From: Dehalococcoidia bacterium
GTDB lineage: Bacteria; Chloroflexota; Dehalococcoidia; SHYB01
Length of the DNA: 64,000 bases
Direction of reading: 5' to 3'
Assembly: GCA_965261455.1 (NCBI GenBank)
Contig: OZ253453.1
Location: 1,145,526 to 1,209,525, forward strand
Below are positions 37,859 to 47,644 of this stretch, piece by piece. The translations under genes were made by a program, and so were the position numbers. Below the pieces are notes generated by a model. That model was not told where the DNA came from. It saw nothing but the letters and a program-made list of their open reading frames with translations, and made no database searches. Position 1 is the first letter of the stretch; the number at the start of each line of letters is the position of its first letter.

Positions 37859-40156
37859 CTACCCCGCCGCGACGGGCTCGCGCTCCGGCGCGGGCGCTTC
37901 CTCCGGCTCGGGGCGCGCGCCTTTGTAGTCGCACTTGACGCAGCGGGCGCCGTTGCGCGGCGCCTCCGTCAGCAGACCGCCGCACGAGGGGCACGGCTCG
38001 GCGAGGGGCCTCCGACCGGTGAGGAACTTGCACTTCGGATAGTTCGCGCAGCCGTAGAACGTCCTGCCTTTGCGGTTGCGCCGCTCGACGAGGTTCCCAC
38101 CGTCCTCCGGGCAGGGCGCGTCGGCCTTCTTCTCGATCCGCTTCATCCCCTTGCACTCGGGGTAGCCGGTGCAGGAGAGGAACGGCCCATACCGGCCGTG
38201 CTTCACGATCATCGGCTTGCCGTCGAGCTCGCACACCTCGTTGGCGTACGCTTCCTCTAGGGCCTTGTCCACCTTCACCTCGACCTTGTTGAGCGGCTTC
38301 GTTCCCTTGCACTCGGGGTAGCCGGTACAGGAGAGGAAGAGGCCGAAGCGGCCCTTCTTGATCACCATGGGCTTGCCGTCGAGGTCGCACACCTCGTCGG
38401 AGACCTCCGGCTTGCGCTCCAGCGTCTCGGTCGCCGTCGCCACCGCGGCCTCGAATGGGCCGTAGAAATCGCTCAGGTAGGGCGTCCAACCCTTCTCACC
38501 GCGGGCGATCTCGTCGAGGCCCTCCTCCATGACGGCGGTGAAGCTCGGGTCGATGTAGCTGGAGAACGCCTCGACGAGGAGGTCGTTGACGATGACGCCC
38601 AGCTTCTCGGGCTGCAGCAGCCCGTTGTCCTTCTTCACGTAGCCCCGGTTCTGGATCGTGGAGACGATGGCGGCGTAGGTCGAGGGGCGGCCGATGCCCG
38701 CCTCCTCCAACGCCTTCACCAGCGACGCCTCCGAGTAGCGCGGCGGCGGTTGGGTGAACTTCTGCTGGGGGTCGAGCTTCTTGAGGTCCAGCCGCTCGCC
38801 CTTCTCCAGCGGGGGCAGCGCGCCCTCCTCTTTCTCGTCCTCGTCGTTGGTGTCCGAGCCTTCGGCATAGAGCGTGAGGAAGCCCGCGAACTTCTGCACC
38901 GACCCGGTCACGGTGAGCACGTACGTCCGCGGCGCGCCCGCGGCCTCGACCTGCACCGACGTAGCGTCGAAGACGGCGTTCGCCATCTGGCTCGCGACCA
39001 TGCGCTTCCAGACAAGGTCGTAGAGCCTGAACTGATCGTTGGAGAGCGCCGACCGAACGCTCGCCGGATCGCGCATGATCGAAGTGGGCCGGATCGCCTC
39101 GTGGGCCTCCTGCGCTCCCTTCGACTTCGCGGCGTAGGCCCGCGCGCGCGGCGGCAGGTACTCCTTGCCGTATTTGCCCGCGACGTACTCCCGCGTCTCC
39201 GCGAGCGCGCTCGCGGAGACCACCGGCGAGTCGGTCCGCATGTAGGTGATGAGACCCATCGTCTCCGCGCCGAGCGACAGCCCCTCGTAGAGCTGCTGCG
39301 CCACGGTCATCGTCTTGCGGGCGGAGAACCGCAGCTTGCGCCAGGCCTCCTGTTGCAGCGTACTCGTGATGAACGGCGCCGTCGGCCTGCGCTGCGTCTC
39401 GCGCTTCTTCACCGAGCCGACGGTGTAGATGGCACCGCGCAGGTCTTCCACCAGCGCCGTCGCCGTTTGTTCGTCGTGGACTTCCAGCTTGCCCTTTTCG
39501 CCCTTCACCGAGGCCAACGCCGCGTTGAAGCTCTTGACCTTGCCGCTATTGGCCGACTGCTTGGCGAGGTTCGCCAGAATGCGCCAATACTCGACGGGGA
39601 CGAATTTCTCGATCTCCCGCTCGCGATCGACGATGATGCGAAGCGCGACGGACTGCACCCGTCCCGCCGAGAGGCCGCGGCGCACCTTCTTGCCCAGCAG
39701 CGGGCTGAGACGGTAGCCGACGAGCCGGTCGAGGATGCGCCGCGTCTGTTGGGCGTTCACCAGGTCGATGTCGATCTCGCGGGGGTGGTCGAAGGCGGCG
39801 TCGATGGCCGGCTTGGTGATCTCGTGGAACACGACGCGGCGGACGGGCTTCTTCCCCGTCTTGATCGCCTCGCTCAGGTGCCACGCGATGGCCTCACCCT
39901 CACGGTCGGGGTCAGTCGCCAGATACAGCGCGTCGGCTTTCTTCACCGCCTGGTCGAGCTCTTTGACCAAGGCCTTCTTATCCTCGGGCACAACGTACTT
40001 CGGCTCGAAGTCGTTCTTGACGTCGACGCCGAGCGTGCGCTCGGGAAGGTCGCGGATGTGACCGATGGATGCTTTCACGTCGTAGTCGCGGCCAAGAAAG
40101 CGCCCGATGGTCCGGGCCTTGGCCGGCGACTCGACGATCACAAGGTTCTTTGTCAT
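37859..40156 (-). CDS. topA: DNA topoisomerase I
   Basis: LVIVESPAKA, DPDREGE, SAGRVQS, ITYMRTDS, C-terminal zinc ribbons. Confidence 0.98.
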   Translation of the reverse strand: MTKNLVIVESPAKARTIGRFLGRDYDVKASIGHIRDLPERTLGVDVKNDFEPKYVVPEDKKALVKELDQAVKKADALYLATDPDREGEAIAWHLSEAIKTGKKPVRRVVFHEITKPAIDAAFDHPREIDIDLVNAQQTRRILDRLVGYRLSPLLGKKVRRGLSAGRVQSVALRIIVDREREIEKFVPVEYWRILANLAKQSANSGKVKSFNAALASVKGEKGKLEVHDEQTATALVEDLRGAIYTVGSVKKRETQRRPTAPFITSTLQQEAWRKLRFSARKTMTVAQQLYEGLSLGAETMGLITYMRTDSPVVSASALAETREYVAGKYGKEYLPPRARAYAAKSKGAQEAHEAIRPTSIMRDPASVRSALSNDQFRLYDLVWKRMVASQMANAVFDATSVQVEAAGAPRTYVLTVTGSVQKFAGFLTLYAEGSDTNDEDEKEEGALPPLEKGERLDLKKLDPQQKFTQPPPRYSEASLVKALEEAGIGRPSTYAAIVSTIQNRGYVKKDNGLLQPEKLGVIVNDLLVEAFSSYIDPSFTAVMEEGLDEIARGEKGWTPYLSDFYGPFEAAVATATETLERKPEVSDEVCDLDGKPMVIKKGRFGLFLSCTGYPECKGTKPLNKVEVKVDKALEEAYANEVCELDGKPMIVKHGRYGPFLSCTGYPECKGMKRIEKKADAPCPEDGGNLVERRNRKGRTFYGCANYPKCKFLTGRRPLAEPCPSCGGLLTEAPRNGARCVKCDYKGARPEPEEAPAPEREPVAAG

Positions 40157-40190
40157 AGCGTCACCACGTTAGTGCACCGCTTCACAAGCG

Positions 40191-41351
40191 TCAACCGGGC
40201 CGCGGCGCGGCGGGCCTTCCGGTTTGCGTCGGCCCGCCGATTTGGGAAATATAACTCATTGGTCCAATCTCTTTCACCAAGCCCTTGAGCTCCATGAGCG
40301 CCAGCGTGCCGCTCACCACGGGCATCGGCAGCCCCGACTCCTCGCGGATCGCGTCGATGTGCGTCGGTTCGCGGGACACCAGCGCGAGCAGCGCCGCCTC
40401 GGTCTCGTCCGCCGGCTCCACGCTCGGCAGGGGAAGCTGGCGGGCCGGGACGGTCAGATTGAGCTCTTCGAGCACGTCCGCCGCATTGCGCACCAGCTTC
40501 GCGCCGCCCTCCTGGACCAGGCGGTTCGTCCCCGCACTGGCCGGCGACAGCACACTGCCCGGGACCGCGAACACCTCGCGGTTCTCGTTCAATGCGTAGG
40601 TCGTGGTGATCAAGGCGCCGCTTCGCTCCGGCGCCTCCGTCACGATCGTCCCCAGCGTGAGGCCGGCCAGTATCCGGTTGCGCCGGGGGAAGTATTCCGG
40701 CTTGGGTTTCGTCCCCAGGGGGTAGTCGCTGAGAAGCGCGCCGTTCTCTGTGATGCGCTCCGCCAGCGCCCGGTGGCTGGTGGGATAGACCATGTCGAGC
40801 CCGCACGCCAGCACCGCGAGGGTCCGACCCTGCGCGTCCAGCGCCGCCTTGTGGGCCTCGGCGTCGACGCCGAGGGCCAGGCCGCTGACAATTGTCATGC
40901 CGTTGCGGGCGAGCTCTTCGGTCACCATGCGGGTGACCTCGCGGCCGTAGCTCGTCATGTCGCGCGTGCCAACAACCGTGATCGAACGCTCGTCCGCCTC
41001 GGTCAGCGTCCCCCGGACGTAGAGCACCGGCGGCGGATCGTAGGTCTCGCGCAGCCGCGCGGGATAGGCCTCGTCGCGGAGCGTGAGCGCACGGACTCCG
41101 GCCCGATCGAGGCGGTCGGCTTCCGCCCGCGGGTCCATGGACGGCCGCGCCTCGACGACGGCGCTGACGACCTTGGAGTCGAGGCCGGCGCGCCGCAGCG
41201 CCGAGGCCGGGGCGCTCCACGCCTCCTCCATCGAGTCGAAGCCGGCGATCAGCGCGTTGAACCGCACCCGCCCCATGCCGTGGATGCGGTGGAAGGCGAT
41301 CCAGTAGGGGGCGTCGGCCTCTATCGAGCGGGGTGGGGAGGGGTCGTTCAT
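40191..41351 (-). CDS. dprA: DNA-processing protein DprA
   Basis: VVGTR, VSGLALGVD, FPRRNR, SGALIT, VFAVPG. Confidence 0.95.
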   Translation of the reverse strand: MNDPSPPRSIEADAPYWIAFHRIHGMGRVRFNALIAGFDSMEEAWSAPASALRRAGLDSKVVSAVVEARPSMDPRAEADRLDRAGVRALTLRDEAYPARLRETYDPPPVLYVRGTLTEADERSITVVGTRDMTSYGREVTRMVTEELARNGMTIVSGLALGVDAEAHKAALDAQGRTLAVLACGLDMVYPTSHRALAERITENGALLSDYPLGTKPKPEYFPRRNRILAGLTLGTIVTEAPERSGALITTTYALNENREVFAVPGSVLSPASAGTNRLVQEGGAKLVRNAADVLEELNLTVPARQLPLPSVEPADETEAALLALVSREPTHIDAIREESGLPMPVVSGTLALMELKGLVKEIGPMSYISQIGGPTQTGRPAAPRPG

Positions 41352-41382
41352 CAGGGGGGTATGGGGGGTTATGACGATGAAG

Positions 41383-41472
41383 TGGCGGAGCGGGTGGGAT
41401 TTGAACCCACGGTACCCGAAGGTACACACGCTCTCCAGGCGTGCCTGTTCAACCAGACTCCAGCACCGCTCC
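41383..41472 (-). tRNA. tRNA-Ser (GGA)
   Basis: Cloverleaf with long variable arm, loop CT-GGA-GA, ends GCCA. Confidence 0.95.
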
Positions 41473-41489
41473 GTGTAATCGCACCAAGC

Positions 41490-41579
<90 letters not shown>

Positions 41580-41699
41580 GCGCGGGCGGCCGCCGCTTGG
41601 TATCGCGGCGCCTGACGCCCCAGCGAGCGCCAACAGAAGAGCCGCCGATTACTATAGCCGACGCTCCCCGCCGCTGGCAACGAACAATTGACACAACCT

Positions 41700-42045
41700 G
41701 CGCCGCGCAGGGGCACCTCTATCCCGCAGGGGCGAGTCGCACCCGCCATTCCCTCCGGTCCCTTCCCTGCCCCTATCCGTCATTCCCACGAAAGTGGGAC
41801 TCCACTCCACTCCCGTAGGGGCGATTCTCGAATCGCCCTTCCCGACCTCTCCCCCTTTGGGGAGATTGAGAGAGGGCGCGCGCCCAACGGGCGCGTCCGA
41901 GGGGTGGGGCCGGGAGGTCTTGCCTCTTCTCCCAGCGGGAGAAGACTGAGATGAGGGGCCCCCTCGCAACCACCATCGGTTATCAAAGCCCGCCACCTCA
42001 CGCGTCCCCGCCCGACCAAGACCTCCCTCCCTCTAGGAGGGACTG
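41700..42045. repeat. Cluster of REP-like palindromes
   Basis: TCCCACGAAAGTGGGA, GGGCGATTCTCGAATCGCCC, TCTTCTCCCAGCGGGAGAAGA, GGGGAGATTGAGAGAGGGCGCGCGCC (also near 37697). Confidence 0.65.
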
Positions 42046-42104
42046 AGCGATTGCCCTCGTGCGTTGACACGGGTTTGACCGCGGTGTAGCGTCCCGTTCA
42101 CTCC

Positions 42105-43412
42105 GTGAAACCTCCCTTCGTTCACCACGTCCTCCACCGCGACGGGCGCTCCGTCTTCTACGGCTGGTGGATCGTCTTCTCCGCCGGCGGTCTCACCATG
42201 CTCGGCGGCGCATTCTACTTCTTCGGCTTCAGCGCCTTCCTGCTTCCCGTCGAAGAAAGCCTCATGACCGACCGCGGCCCCCTCTCTCTCGCCGTGAGCA
42301 TCTCGACCCTCGAAGGCGCAGCCCTCGGCCCCATCCAGGGCTACTTCGTCGACCGGTACGGCCCAAGGCCCGTCATGATGCTCGGCGTCACCCTCATGGG
42401 CGTCGGCTTCATGCTCCTGAGCACCGCCGATTCCCTCCTCGAGTTCTATCTCTTCTTCATCCCCTTCATCGGCATCGGAGCGGGTCTCGGCATTATGTCA
42501 CCCGCCTTCGTGGCGGTGAGCAATTGGTTCATCAAGAAGCGCGGGGTCGCCTTCGGCATCGCGATGACCGGCATCGGCATCGGCGGGCTCCTCGTGCCGC
42601 TGACCCGCTACCTCATCGCCGAATACGGCTGGCAGGACGCCGCCTTCATCATCGGCGTCATCATCCTGATCGTCGGCCTGCCCTTCACCCTGCTCATGCG
42701 TCAGCGGCCCGAGCACTACGGCCTGCTCCCCGATGGCATCACCGAGGAGGAGGCCCGCCGCGACGCCGAGGCCCCCGCGGGCGCGGTGAGCATGCACACC
42801 GAAATCGACTTCACCGTAAAGGAGGCCCTCACCTCGGCGGCTTTCTGGCAGCTAGGCGTCGGCTTCGGGCTCCGGAACATGCTCTCCTCCGCCGTCCTCA
42901 TTCACCTCATCGCCGCCGTCGTCGACCGCGGCCACTCCGAGGCGTTCGGTGCCACAGTCCTCGCCATCATGGCCGCCATCAGCATCCCCAGCCGGATCAT
43001 CTCCGGCCTGGTGCAGGACCGCATAGAGAAGCGCAAGGTGGGCGCCGCCGTGGGCGTGGTCACCTCCTTGTCCCTCGCCTTCTACCTGATGAGCGACAGC
43101 CTGTGGGCCTTGGGCGTCTTCGCGGCGCTCTTCGCGGTGGCCTGGGGCGCGGCGAGCCCGACCCAACAGGCGATCCGCGGCGAATACTTCGGGCGGCTGC
43201 ACTACGCCAAGATCAATGGCTTCGCCAACCTCTTCATGACCGCGGGCTCCGTCGCCGGCCCCGCCATCGCGGGCTACGTCCACGACGCCGTCGACACCTA
43301 CGACCCCACCTTCCTCGGCTTCGCCGCCATCTCGCTCGTCTCCGGCCTCGTCATCTGGCACGCGAGGCGGCCCACCCTCAAGCCTCGCAGCCCGTCGGTC
43401 GCAGCGCCATAA
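42105..43412 (+). CDS. MFS transporter
   Basis: FYGWWIV, DRYGPR, NWFIKKRG, EYFG, multiple TM helices; TTGACA-17-TAGCGT at 42064-42092. Confidence 0.92.
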   Translation: MKPPFVHHVLHRDGRSVFYGWWIVFSAGGLTMLGGAFYFFGFSAFLLPVEESLMTDRGPLSLAVSISTLEGAALGPIQGYFVDRYGPRPVMMLGVTLMGVGFMLLSTADSLLEFYLFFIPFIGIGAGLGIMSPAFVAVSNWFIKKRGVAFGIAMTGIGIGGLLVPLTRYLIAEYGWQDAAFIIGVIILIVGLPFTLLMRQRPEHYGLLPDGITEEEARRDAEAPAGAVSMHTEIDFTVKEALTSAAFWQLGVGFGLRNMLSSAVLIHLIAAVVDRGHSEAFGATVLAIMAAISIPSRIISGLVQDRIEKRKVGAAVGVVTSLSLAFYLMSDSLWALGVFAALFAVAWGAASPTQQAIRGEYFGRLHYAKINGFANLFMTAGSVAGPAIAGYVHDAVDTYDPTFLGFAAISLVSGLVIWHARRPTLKPRSPSVAAP

Positions 43413-43413
43413 T

Positions 43414-43847
43414 CCCCACGGGCTGCCCATCGAAGCGCGTCGAAAGCGTTAGCGCTCCGTGAGTGAGGCCCGCGGAAGGCATAGGGGAACCAGGGCGCAA
43501 CCCCGAAAAAAGGCTGAGTTGGGTAGCGTCCGCGGCGCCGCAGGAGCAGCGCTAAGGGCGCGGGCCCGGCGGGGGTTACCGCGCCGGGCCGCTTCTCCAA
43601 ACTCACCCTTGCAACTCCGGCATGGCCTCGTCGGCCCCTAGGAGACCGGCCATGTGGAGTTCTTCGAGTCAGCCGCTGAGGTCAGCGGCTGACTCGCTCA
43701 AAGCGCCGACAGGCGGCGCCCGGTGCGCCTACGCGCAAGAGCCCCTCGAAGGAGCTCTGGCGCGCGCCCGTGGCCGTTTACAGGCTTCCCAAGGAAGCGT
43801 GGGTATGCGTCTTGGCCTGGCGTCGAACGGGCTGGGTCGCATGGGGA
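43414..43847 (-). ncRNA. Candidate ~430-nt structured RNA of unknown class
   Basis: Many nested helices, closing terminal stem, G-U pairs favour minus strand, TACCAT -10 at 43849-43854. Confidence 0.5.
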
Positions 43848-44008
43848 CATGGTAGGAGACGGGGGCGGGGACGGGGAAGGGGCGGATGTCGCGGAGAAGT
43901 GGCTGTTTCTTCGCCGGCGGGCCGTCCGCGGATCCCGCAAAGGCCCCGCGAGGAGCATTGGGAACCTTTGCCGTGCCGGCGGCGCTGAGGAGCGCGCGCC
44001 CTCAGGGG

Positions 44009-44887
44009 CTAGGCGGGGATTTTGGCCGCGAGCGCGCTCGTCGAGACGATGTGCTTGTTGAGCCCGAGCCGGTGCGGCTCGATATTCATCGCCAAGCCGA
44101 GGATCTGCGGCAGATGGATCACGGGCAGGTTGATCTGCGTCTTACGGGCCTTGGCGGCCTCGGGCTGCTGCCCATCCAGGTTGAGGTGGCACAGCGGGCA
44201 CGGCGTGACCATCGCGTCGGCCCCTTGGCCCTTGGCCTCCAACAGGTGCGCCCCCGCCATCCTCAGCGAGTTGTCCCGGTTCATCGTCAGGATAGGAAAG
44301 CCGCAGCACTTCGTCTTGCCGCTGAAGTCGACCGGCGTCCCGCCAATCACGGTGATCAACTGTTCGAGGTACGAGCCCCGCTCCGGAAATTCGTCGTAGC
44401 CCAGCTTCTCCGTGGGCCGCACCACATAGCACCCGTAGAACGGAGCCAACGCGAGGCCGGTAAGCGGCTTGGTCACGTGCTCCTTCAGCCGGTCCAGGCC
44501 GTAGTCCTCGACCAGAATCCACATGAAGTGCTTTACTTCCGTGGTGCCGTTGTAGCTCAGGCCCTCCGGCTCGAGGTACTTGTTGATGAAGGTGCGGTAG
44601 TCGGGATCGGCCTTCAGCCGGTGGTTGGCCTGGCTCATGACGCCCTGGCAGGTGCTGCAAATGGTCATGAGCGGAAGGCCGCGCTGCTCCGCCATGGCGA
44701 AAGTGCGGGCGTTGAGGGTGTCGCCCAGCTCAGGGTCGCGCTCCTGGAGCACACCCGCGCCGGTGCAGGCCGCCTCTTTCAGGTGTTCGAGGGTGAAGCC
44801 CAAGCGATCGCCCACGAGCTTCATGGCTTGGAACAGCTCGGGCGCGCCGCCCTGAGCGACGCATCCCGGGTAGTAGGCGTAGCGCAT
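44009..44887 (-). CDS. CCG-domain (HdrB/SdhE-like) subunit of succinate dehydrogenase
   Basis: YYPGC, FYGC, CCG, CPLCHLNLD; directly after sdhB. Confidence 0.88.
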   Translation of the reverse strand: MRYAYYPGCVAQGGAPELFQAMKLVGDRLGFTLEHLKEAACTGAGVLQERDPELGDTLNARTFAMAEQRGLPLMTICSTCQGVMSQANHRLKADPDYRTFINKYLEPEGLSYNGTTEVKHFMWILVEDYGLDRLKEHVTKPLTGLALAPFYGCYVVRPTEKLGYDEFPERGSYLEQLITVIGGTPVDFSGKTKCCGFPILTMNRDNSLRMAGAHLLEAKGQGADAMVTPCPLCHLNLDGQQPEAAKARKTQINLPVIHLPQILGLAMNIEPHRLGLNKHIVSTSALAAKIPA

Positions 44888-45841
44888 TTACTCTTTCTCC
44901 ATCTCCTGGAAGATCCGTTTCACCTGCTCGTGCCCGGGGCGCTTGTGGTGCATGATCGGAGGGAACTTGCCCTTGAGCAGCGCCCGCACCGCCGTGGGCG
45001 CCATACGAATCTGCGCCGGCGCGTCGTCGAGCCCAAACGACTCGTAGCCGATCTTGAGCTCGTCCACCCAACCGCTCTCCGACACCGACTTGGCGAACGA
45101 GTCGCTGTGCCGCGTCCCGTTGTTGTCGGTGAACCCCGACTCCTGGGCGGTGCGCCGCAGGTCGACGATACGCTCCATGGGAGCCACGTCCTTGGGGCAG
45201 ACCTCGACGCAGGCGAAGCAGTGGGTGCAGTCCCAAACGCCGCTATATTTGCTCAACTCCTTGAGCCTATCGTCGCGGGACTCCTGCGTCTCTCTGGGGT
45301 CGGCGACGAAGCGGTAGGCCTTGGCCAAGGCGGCGGGACCGATGAAGTTCTCATCGACTTCGAGCGAGGCGCAGTCGGAGACGCAGGCGCCGCACATGAT
45401 GCAGTTCATCGTGTGCGCCAGATCGCCCATAGCGTCCTGGGAGGCGATGTACTCGCGGTCGGGCGCCGGCTGATGCGCCCGCAGGAAGGGCTGCACCTGG
45501 CGGATCTTGCTCCAGAAGCCCGACATGTCGGTGACAAGATCCTTCAACGGCTTCATGTTGCCCATGGGCTCGACGGTGAACGCGCCCTCATCGTCGGCGA
45601 CGTCTTCAATCTTGGTGATGCACGCGAGCTTCGCTCCGCCGTTCACCCGCATGGCGCAGGAGCCGCAGATCGCGCTTCGGCAGGAGCAGCGCACTGCCAG
45701 CGTTTCGTCTTGATACTCGCGAATTCGGATCAGCGCGTCGAGGACGGCGTCGTTGTCCTCGACCTCGACGGAGAAGTCTTCGTAGCGCGACTCCTTGGTC
45801 TCAGGGTCGTAGCGCTTGACCTTCACGTTGACGGTCTTCAA
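44888..45841 (-). CDS. sdhB: Succinate dehydrogenase/fumarate reductase Fe-S subunit
   Basis: SCRSAICGSC, CIMCGAC, CTHCFACVEVCP. Confidence 0.95.
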   Translation of the reverse strand: MKTVNVKVKRYDPETKESRYEDFSVEVEDNDAVLDALIRIREYQDETLAVRCSCRSAICGSCAMRVNGGAKLACITKIEDVADDEGAFTVEPMGNMKPLKDLVTDMSGFWSKIRQVQPFLRAHQPAPDREYIASQDAMGDLAHTMNCIMCGACVSDCASLEVDENFIGPAALAKAYRFVADPRETQESRDDRLKELSKYSGVWDCTHCFACVEVCPKDVAPMERIVDLRRTAQESGFTDNNGTRHSDSFAKSVSESGWVDELKIGYESFGLDDAPAQIRMAPTAVRALLKGKFPPIMHHKRPGHEQVKRIFQEMEKE

Positions 45842-47526
45842 TAGACTCTCCTCTCTGGAGGCCAGTTAGTGATCGTGACGGGCTCGTAGCCGATAGCCGG
45901 GCCCTCCGGCGAGTGGTAGGCCATCGTGTGCTTGAGCCATTCCGCGTCGTTGCGCTCGGGGTAGTCCTCCCGCGCGTGGGCGCCGCGGCTTTCCTTGCGA
46001 GCGAGGCCGGAGACGGCGATGGTCTCGGCGCAGACGAGCATGTTCTCCAACTCCAGCGTCGAGAGGAGGTTCCAGTTGAAGACCTTGCCGCGGTCCCGCA
46101 CCGTCAGGCTCTGGAAGCGCCGGGTCAGGTCGCGGACCGTGTCCAGGGCCTCTTGCATGCCCTGCTCGTTGCGGAAGACGCTGATGTTCTTGTCCATGGC
46201 GTCACCGAGCTCAAGGCGCAGTGCCGCCGCGGTGTAGCCCGGATAGGGACGCTCCATCAGGTCTTGGAACTTGGAGGTTTGCTTCCCGACCAGATCGTCC
46301 TCGTTGACCATAGGGAAGGGGCCGGCTTGGCGGGCGTACTCGACGGCGTAGGCGCCGGAGCGTCGCCCAAAGACGACCGTTTCGAGGAGGGAGTTCGCGC
46401 CCAAGCGGTTGCCCCCATGGATGCTCACGTTGGCGCATTCGCCAGCGGAGAAGAGGCCGGGGACCGCCGTCGCGCCGTTGGTGTCCGTCTTGATCCCCCC
46501 CATGATGTAGTGCATGCCGGGCCGGATGGGCACGGGGTCTTTCACGATATCGACACCGGCGAAGAGCGTCGCAAGCTCCGCGATCTGCCCCAGGCGCTCC
46601 TTGATGAGCTTCTCCCCCAGGTGGCGGCAATCGAGGAGGACGCAGCCGTCCAGGCCCCGCCCCTCGCGGATCTCTATCGCCTCCGCGCGGGAGACCACGT
46701 CGCGCGAGGCGAGCTCCAGCTTATTCGGGGCGTACTTCGACATGAAGCGGTCGCCCTCGGCGTTGACAAGATAGGCACCCTCACCCCGGGCGCCCTCGGT
46801 GAGCAGCGCGCCGTTACCCTTCAGGGTGGTGGGGTGGTACTGCACCATCTCCATGTCCATGAGCGGGGCGCCGATCTGATACGCCAGCGCCTGCACGTCT
46901 CCGGTGCAAATGAGACCGTTGGTGCTGGGCTCGTAGACGCGGCCCAGACCGCCGCCCGCCAGGATCACGGCTTTCGCCTGGATCACCTCGATGTCGCCGG
47001 TCTTGATGTCCATGGCGACGACACCGGTGCAGACGCCTTCTTCCTTCAGCAACTCGAGGACGAACCACTCCTCGTAGACGCGCATACCCGCCTTCATGAG
47101 CTGTTCGTACATCACGTGCAGACAGGCCTGGCCGGTGATGTCGCCGACGAAGAAGGTCCGCTGGTTCGTCGCGCCGCCGAAGGCTCGTGTCTTGAGGCGG
47201 CCGTACTCGTCGCGGGCGAAGATCACGCCCATGTGCTCGAGTTCGTAGATGTCTTGGGGGGCGTCCCTCGCCATGACTTCAATGGCGTCTTGGTCGCCGA
47301 GCCAGTCGCTGCCCTTGACGGTGTCGTAGGCGTGGACTTCCCAAGTGTCGTCGTCGCCCTCGGCGCCCATGGCGGCGTTGATGCCGCCCTGGGCGGCGTT
47401 CGAGTGGCTCCGCACCGGGTGTACCTTCGTCAGCACCGCTACGTCCGCGCCGAGGCGAAATGCTTCAATTGCGGCGCGCATACCGGCAAGGCCGGCACCG
47501 ATGACGAGGACATCGTGCTGGTGCAT
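45838..47526 (-). CDS. sdhA: Succinate dehydrogenase/fumarate reductase flavoprotein
   Basis: IGAGLAG, RSHSNAAQGG, QYHPT, HGGNRLGANSL, ESRGAH. Confidence 0.96.
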   Translation of the reverse strand: MHQHDVLVIGAGLAGMRAAIEAFRLGADVAVLTKVHPVRSHSNAAQGGINAAMGAEGDDDTWEVHAYDTVKGSDWLGDQDAIEVMARDAPQDIYELEHMGVIFARDEYGRLKTRAFGGATNQRTFFVGDITGQACLHVMYEQLMKAGMRVYEEWFVLELLKEEGVCTGVVAMDIKTGDIEVIQAKAVILAGGGLGRVYEPSTNGLICTGDVQALAYQIGAPLMDMEMVQYHPTTLKGNGALLTEGARGEGAYLVNAEGDRFMSKYAPNKLELASRDVVSRAEAIEIREGRGLDGCVLLDCRHLGEKLIKERLGQIAELATLFAGVDIVKDPVPIRPGMHYIMGGIKTDTNGATAVPGLFSAGECANVSIHGGNRLGANSLLETVVFGRRSGAYAVEYARQAGPFPMVNEDDLVGKQTSKFQDLMERPYPGYTAAALRLELGDAMDKNISVFRNEQGMQEALDTVRDLTRRFQSLTVRDRGKVFNWNLLSTLELENMLVCAETIAVSGLARKESRGAHAREDYPERNDAEWLKHTMAYHSPEGPAIGYEPVTITNWPPERRVY

Positions 47527-47644
47527 AGGGGCCCCTCCCAAAGGCGCGTGAATCTTATCACAACCCAATCCGGCGTTCAACGGAAACCGGGGGCGGCGCG
47601 GACCGCGTCAACAGATTGACCACCGCCGCATACGGCGGTGTATT

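Noticed and set aside
43414-43847. tmRNA, RNase P, T-box or cobalamin riboswitch identity for the structured region
   Set aside because: No tRNA-like CCA end or T-arm, no GAGGAAAGUCC, no UGGNACC antiterminator; only a superficial AGGGGAA similarity, on the strand less favoured by G-U analysis
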